Below are positions 56,734 to 64,000 of a stretch of DNA of 64,000 bases, one piece after another. The notes under the pieces are model-generated. The model saw only the letters and a program-made list of their open reading frames with translations, made no database searches and was not told where the DNA came from. Source of the stretch: Octopus vulgaris (taxonomy: Eukaryota). The translations under genes and the position numbers were made by a program. Each line of letters begins with the position of its first letter. Within the stretch, counting starts at the first letter, position 1. The stretch lies in assembly GCA_951406725.2 (NCBI GenBank), contig OX597832.1:16926001-16990000 (forward strand). The letters run 5' to 3'.

Positions 56734-57603
56734 TAGGTAGATAGATATATAGATAGATAGATATAGATATATATATATAGATATAGATGGATATATATAT
56801 TGCTTGAGTGATGTTTTACGCTTACAGAATACTTCTCAGCAATCGATATACATTCCTCACAAATGTCAGACTCTGAAGATCATATAAAGATGTCTTTCGT
56901 AGATTGGTTTCAACGATAACCAATATGAATAATATTTTCTGAGAATTTTATCATTTTTACTACATTTCTATGTCAGATTACCCACTTCATCATCACTGAT
57001 GTTTCAGATTAGATGCACAGAGAGAGAGTGGGATATGGGTAGAGGGATAATGACAAATAGTCAGAAAGAGCGTCAGATTTATTTTCTGTATTTGTACTTT
57101 CATTATTGTACATCCAAGAATTATATACACATAACAACTGAAATACTCACACACACACAGAAACAAACTCTCGTAAGTATAAATATACATCTGCGTGCGC
57201 ACTTATGTTTGTACGTATGTATGTATGTATGTATGGAGGTAGGTAGGTAGGTACAGAGCATTATATGAAACTAAATGAACGACAAAGTAACAGGAGATTG
57301 CATAATCGTGTTTCCATTTGTCACTATCTTATTTCATAATATTTTCTGCAGACAACCAATTCTTGATACTGAAGCATGTGTATACCGAGTTCTAACACCA
57401 GGTTATTAGTATTGCTAAGCCTAAACGAGACGTTAATATCTCTCTCTCTATTTCTTTCGTTCTCTCTCTCTATTTCTTTCGTTCTCTCTCTCTCTTTCTC
57501 TCTCTCTCAATTCCTGCCTCATCTATATGTAAATATATACGTGTGTGTCTGTGCTTGTGTGTGATAATATATATATAAGAAGCTAGCTAGATAGATAAAT
57601 TTA

Positions 57604-57645
<42 letters not shown>

Positions 57646-57648
<3 letters not shown>

Positions 57649-59317
57649 TACCATCAGAAATTAATTAACACCCTTGATTTGCTCTTCACTCAAGGTAATT
57701 GCTGTCACCTAGTGGCCATATCTCGAACTATTGCTTTGTTGTGAGTTCACTGTTGCGCAGAACGATAACGTAACTTTGTTTGCAGAGCAGTTTGAGAGTC
57801 TACAGTCTAATGATGTTGACATAGCAGTGCAACAACAACTTGGAGTGCGGATGCAGACAAATCTTCCTTTGTTTAATATATATAGGTAGCGCCTCGCAAG
57901 GACCGAAATCACACCGTACTAAGTTTTCTCATCGCGTAAGACGTTTTGAACAGCTCGTAGGTTAATTGATTTGTGTATTTGCAAGATTTTTTTTCCTCAC
58001 AAATTCTCCTACACTCTGCTTGATGATGTCACTTCCGGTTCACAAAACTTTCTGTTATACATCAAATAAGGTGAGAAATTTTGCTTTCTTTCTTTTTTGT
58101 TTAATGAATAATAACTCATAGCAGTTTTGTTATAGCATAACATTATTCAAATGAATAGTTTTAATGAAAATAACTGGTTTTTATCGTTCATTCCTAGATG
58201 GGCCCAAGACCTCGCATGATCTTGGAGAGACGGTACGAGGTTCTCTCGTGGCGTGGGAAGCTGTCGGAGGCTGCAATAGCCAGAAAACTTGGTGTAGCCG
58301 GGCGCACAATTCAGTGCTTATTTAAGAAATACGAGGAAACCGGATCAGCAGCTGACAAAAAGGGTAGGGGACGGAAGAGGCTGACGACCCAGCGGGAGGA
58401 CCGGATGCTGATCCGAAAGTTACTGTACAACTGAAGGGCAACGAGCCAGCAACTGGCGGAGGAGATGCAAAAGATGACAGGGAAGCAGTTGTCTACAACT
58501 ACCGTCAAGACCAGATTACTGGAAGCTGGTCTAAAATCCTGTAGGGCCGCCCATAAGCCGCTCCTTACAGCCCACAAGACATGGACTGTGCAGCAGTAGT
58601 GGACAGTGATATTCACTGACGAGTCGCAATTCAGTCTCGTCAGTGACAAGCCTGTCCATGTGCGACACCGCAGGGGTGAGCGCTTCAACAAACACTGCAT
58701 TGCTCCCACCATGAAGCATGGTGGGGGTGGTCTGATGGTGTGAGGGGCGTTCAGCTACAGTGGTGTTGGGCGGCTCTATGCCGTCGAAGGCAACATCAAC
58801 GCAGCAAAGTACGTTGAGATAGTACGGGATACCTCTTTGGTGGCGAGGAGTACGTGCTCCAGCAGGACAACGCGCCTTCCCACACAGCCAAGCTCACAAC
58901 CAGTTTCGTCAAGGACCATGGGGTGACGGTCATGGACTGGCCTGGCCAGTCACCTGACCTGAACCCTATTGAGAACCTCTGGAGTCGATTGGGTAGTGAT
59001 TTGAATGTGCAGCAATACAGGAACCGACACAAGATGTTTGGGGCACTTCTTGCTGCATAGAGGGCCATCCCCGCACAGTACCTGCAGGCACTCATAGACA
59101 GCATGCCGACCCGCGTAGCAGCTGTCATTGCTGCCAAAGGAGGAGCAACAAGATATTGACTAAATTTCACGATTAATAACAATTATGTGGTGTGCTGGGA
59201 TATGTTTTAATAAATTTTTGATTAAAAACGAGTTCGTTTCTGATAATAAGTTAATTAAATTAAGAAAATGTAAGAAAATTTAGAAATTTGAGAAGTGCTA
59301 ATTAATTTCCGACGCAA

Positions 59318-59320
<3 letters not shown>
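57646..59320 (+). mobile_element. Full-length Tc1-family DNA transposon, inactivated
   Basis: TIRs cactaccatcagaaattaattaacac and gtgctaattaatttccgacgcaagtg, TA flanks within (TA)n. Confidence 0.9.
58198..59159 (+). pseudogene. Tc1 transposase, DD34E, with stops and a frameshift
   Basis: HTH and GRGRKRLTT, VIFTDESQF, KHGGGGLMV*G, LQQDNAPSH-(34 aa between D and E)-SPDLNPIENLW, GGATRY*. Confidence 0.9.
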
Positions 59321-59370
<50 letters not shown>

Positions 59371-59515
59371 TGTGATTCAGTTGAATTAGGTAATTAAGTT
59401 GAAGCACCAAGTCAGTCCGGTATTATCCGCACAGCTGGAAGTAAGGTGAATAAAATCAAAATAAACAACAGGTGACCAAGTACTACATCACAATATGATA
59501 TCCTGTTACTTTTTT

Positions 59516-59546
<31 letters not shown>

Positions 59547-59761
59547 CATGTATTTATATATATTTATGTATTTATATATATATTTACATATATATATATA
59601 TGTGTGTGTATGTGTGTGTGTATATGTATGTATATATACGTATGTATGTATGTATGTATGTATGTATGTATGTATGTTTGTTTGTATTAGAAGAAATGAG
59701 ATACTCATATATGTATGCATGTATATATATATATGTATTTATGTCTCTCTCTCTCTCTTTC

Positions 59762-59797
<36 letters not shown>

Positions 59798-59802
59798 TAT
59801 AG

Positions 59803-59803
59803 T

Positions 59804-59888
<85 letters not shown>
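59803..59888. repeat. (GATA)n microsatellite
   Basis: Direct reading. Confidence 0.95.
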
Positions 59889-60129
59889 GATTATATATAG
59901 AGATACGTGCGAGTGTGAAGTTGTATGAGTGTGCTTATATGCAAGGAAGCTTTATATTGCTGATAGAATATTCAAAGAATTAAAGCTGTAAACTGAGTGT
60001 TTCCAAAACTAAATATATGCTTATTACTCGGTATGGATATAGTTTTAGTGAAGCATCAAACTCAGAGCTTCTTTGTAGCTTGAAGAGTGTTTATTGAAAA
60101 TGTCTTCATATGCAGTCATAGGGCAAATT

Positions 60130-60870
60130 CTGTTACGTACATTTTCCAATTTATTAGTTATGGACACAGGCTCCTGTGAATATTCATTGATGAATATTTA
60201 CTAAGGATTGCATTGTCTAGATTCATCGTTATCTTCAAAATTTGACTCTAATCCAAAATTAAAGTCTACGGTGATTTGAGCCTGAAAATATATGACAAAA
60301 AAAATTGAATATTGAATATCCGCCCCAAGTTCTCTATGGCAGGCTTCAGAGTACTAGTAATTTTATGAATGTCGTTGAGAAAGAAGGAATATCTTGTGCT
60401 CGAAAATTACCCTTCTATTTTTTTTTTTTGTGTATGTGTGTGCATAGACGCCAATCAGTTACATAATCTCTGCCGAATTACTGACCAAACACAAGTATCA
60501 ACAACATCTGTTACTTACATTTTTCAATCTATCAGTATTGGACACAGGCTTGTGAATATTCTTTCATGAACATAAAATATTTACTAAGGACTCCATTGTT
60601 TAAATTCATCGTTGTGTTCAAGAATTTGACTCCAATCTAAAATTAAAGTCTACGGTGATTTAAGCCTCAAACTATATGAAGAAATATTGAATATCCGCCC
60701 CAATTTTCTCTGTGGCAGATTTAAGAACACTAGTTGTTTTCGGATTGTCGCTAAGATAGAAGGCATATCTGGTGATCGAAAAGCACCCTTCTTTTGTTCT
60801 TTGGTGTGTATAGACGCCAATCAGCTTCATAATTTCTGCCAAATTACCGACCCAACACTAGCATCAACAT
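60130..60870. repeat. Diverged tandem duplication, ~378-bp unit
   Basis: ctgttac..acatttt...aaaattaaagtctacggtgattt...tagacgccaatcag starts at 60130 and again at 60508. Confidence 0.85.
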
Positions 60871-61907
60871 GTTTTAGACGGTTTTATGATGATCTTTTAA
60901 ACCAAAGTGATATTTTAATCCATAATGAGGCGTGGAGGGAGGTAACTAGTTCAAGTGCAATCTTTGTAACTGATTCTTCACAAACTAAGCCAGTAAGAAA
61001 TTATGTTGCATGATCGAACCCCATCTGTTTGCACAAAGGCACATATCTGTAGGTAAATATGCATATATTTGCATATAGATCGCCTCACTGAATATGGAAT
61101 TTTGAATGAGTATTCTGAGTCAGGTACAATATTTAGGTTAGGATTATCAGTATTGTTAAATATTGTGTGGTCGTATGCTTAATTTATGTAGGAAGAAAGA
61201 TTTTTGATTGCATTAACAATTGATCAAACATAATACTAAGATCAACACCGATATTTTACGACTGTCCACGTTGAAAAAGGAGAATAAATGTTTTTATTAA
61301 GAGATTGAGTAAATATATGATGAGCCATAACGCAGAATCTTTGTCAGTCGAATCCAATTTAATGGGTTCTTTATGTGTTCAGAATGGATATTTCGAAATA
61401 AATGAACTGAAATGAAATGGGAACATATACTCACGCATGCAAATATTACAACATACACAAGAATGCGCTATATGTGCTTGTGTATATAGCCATGTTCGTC
61501 TGTTTGTAAACGCCTGCGAGTGAGGCGTTTCTATGTATTTAAATGGCGCCGCAAACAAATGTCCTGCCTTAGAATCACTGCAATATTTATTTGTCAAATA
61601 GTTTATGCAATAACCTAGCGGTCAAACCGAGACTTGTGAATGAGAATGAGTGAAGGGAAACTGTTACACACTGGTTATGTACCTCTATATAAAATTTGGA
61701 AACTTGTTGCAATATTCGAGTTGATTATTTTGGTACGGGTAATATTAAGGGCAGACTTCTCAGTGAAATGCTCAGATATTTTGTATACAAATGCAATGGT
61801 AAGATGAGCATTCATGCACATGTATACATATATTCATATCTTTACATATACTCAGATACATACATATATGTGTGCATGCGTGTGAATGTTTTAGATATCT
61901 ATATTAA

Positions 61908-62136
61908 GGCGGCGAGCTGGCAGAAACATTAGCACGCCGGGCGAAATGCGTAGCCGTATTTCGTCTGCCGTTACGTTCTGAGTTCAAATTCCGCCGAGGT
62001 CGACTTTGCCTTTCATCCTTTCGGGGTCAATAAATTAAGTACCAGTTACGCACTGGGGTCGATATAATCGACTTAATCCGTTTGTCTGTCCTTGTTTATC
62101 TCCTCTGTGTTTAGCTCCTTATGGGTAGTAAAGAAA
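61908..62136 (+). mobile_element. SINE family A, well conserved
   Basis: ggcggcgagctggcagaaacattagcacgccgggcgaaatgc...gagttcaaattccgccgaggtcgactttgcctttcatcctttcgggg. Confidence 0.9.
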
Positions 62137-63219
62137 TATATATTTCTACATATATGTCTATATATATAAATATAGATATTATATATACATAAACACACAC
62201 ATACATATATATATGTGTGTATGTATGTATGTATATATGTATGTATGCGCACGTACATGTGTATACATATTAACTATTTTAGAATCGATCTTCATCCACA
62301 TGTTCGCTTTGCCTCTGAACATATAGATCTTTATAAACAATAGACTTATTAGAATGACTGGTTTACGAAGCTATTCTTCAAAGAGCCTGTACCAAATTCT
62401 TCGATGAGTGATGAATTATTAAAGAAGTTTATATCATGTAAGCTAATGCCTTCTCTATAACTCTTAGATTGTTGGAATGAATTGGAACGTTTCTAAGAGT
62501 ATCAAATGAGATAAGCTCAATTTTCTGAGCAGGCTAATCCGTCGTCTCAGTGCAAGCCGATGTTGGTATTAGAGGCGATTATATTTTATACATCAACACT
62601 TCCATAAGTGCGAAGTGAATATCCCCCCACCAAATTCCATGATCTTACTGTACATAATGGCAGTCCAAAACTGCTTGGAATTAAGTATCGAAGGGTAGAA
62701 TTCACTTAATTGATTTTCGTGGTGTTTTCTCTAGCTTTATAAATTATGTCGATGACAAATTTCGTAATTCTGTTCACTATTAGGTCACAGTCTATTTTTA
62801 GTTGTCGTCCCTCTCATATTGTATATCTTTCGTTGCATCGATTACTAATACCTCTACTTTCCAGCATATATATATTTCTTTAACTACTATATGAATTATC
62901 CTCGTTTTGCAAGGCGTTCCATTCTAGTGTCACATTTGGTTTTCTAATCATAGCCCATTGATTGGTTCTAATGAACATTCCATCAATCGCTATTTTATAT
63001 TTTTGGCTGTCATCTAGTATTAACTTGTTATATTTATCGTTATCTAATACATAGGCGTGTATTCCTCGTCCAGAAATCTAATTACATTACTAAGGCATTT
63101 ATCTTTCATGTGACTTTGAATGAATACGAAATTTGATTCTCGTCGAAAGACAAACATTACCAGAATATCTTGTACTCAATTTTAGGAGGGGTATTTCGGT
63201 GCATAAATATTGGTTTCAC

Positions 63220-64000
63220 ATCTTGGCACAAGAGCAGCAAATTTGAAGAAGGGGTTATACCGATTACATCGACCCCAGTGTTCAAATGGTACTTATTTTA
63301 TCGACCGCGGAAGGATGAAATGCACAGTCACCTACGGTGGAATTTGATCTCAGAGCGAAATGCCGCTCTGGGTTAGCAAAATGCCGCTAAACATTTTTTG
63401 CAGCCTCCTAACGAACCTGCCAACTCGCCGACTTATTTCGGTGCCTTAATAGCAAAATCTGCAGTATGGCGGCGAGTTTGTAGAATCGTTAGCACACTGG
63501 ACAAAATGATTCGCGGCATTTCTTCCGTGTTTACGTTCTGAGTTCAAAATCCGCCGACATACAATTTGTTTTAATTTTCGGGGCCGATAAAATATTTGAG
63601 CACAGGGATCACTGAAATTGACTAACCCCTCTACCAGCTTGTCTGCCTTGACTCACAATTTGAATATTAATGCGTACAGTAACAATGCTCAATAACTCCG
63701 CATAAACAGGGAGAGCCTTACTGCACAAGTACTGAAGTACATCTCCCTAAACTAAGTCTCTCATAGCGAAAGAATAATATCTAATCTATTCAGCTCCGAA
63801 GATATATTTGTTTCAAATTCTGGCACAAGACCAACAATTTCGTGGAAGAAGCTATGTTGATTACATCGATCCCGGTGCTCAACTGGTACCTAATTTATCG
63901 ACCCCGGAACGATGAAGAGCAAAGTTCTAGCTCGGCAGAATTTGAGCTCAGAAGGGAAAGCCGGACGAACCGCCGCTAAAAAGTTTTCCAGGCGATCTAA
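63220..64000. mobile_element. Three old SINE family A copies (63220-63431 minus, 63468-63630 plus, 63815-64000 minus)
   Basis: acatcgaccccagtg...ggatgaaa; ggcggcgagtttgtagaatcgttagc; ctcggcagaatttgagctcagaa. Confidence 0.7.

Overview
AT-rich, microsatellite-saturated eukaryotic non-coding DNA (intergenic or a very large intron). The SINE repertoire and repeat load suggest a cephalopod (Octopus-like) genome, which is an inference from recalled SINE sequences. No intact host gene is visible, and most ORFs in the track are translations of (TA)n, (CA)n, (GAA)n or (TAA)n runs. Recognisable elements: several tRNA-derived SINE families; decayed R4/Dong-, CR1- and RTE-clade LINE fragments; a full-length but dead Tc1 (DD34E) element; mariner remnants; a possible non-autonomous Helitron; and a 5'-truncated Penelope-like element whose GIY-YIG endonuclease remnant the ORF track missed. 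The main signal is at the RNA level. Many (TA)n tracts contain unrelated inserts carrying minimal hammerhead ribozymes (HHR) with palindromic stem III. They occur as tandem repeats (586- and 363-nt cleavage-to-cleavage monomers) and as foldbacks, and some have a U3-A8 covariant core. A separate dispersed family (three copies) appears to encode a hammerhead whose three strands are in non-circularly permuted, pseudoknotted order, with different but still pairing stems in two copies. All ribozyme calls are by-eye base-pairing and none has been tested.
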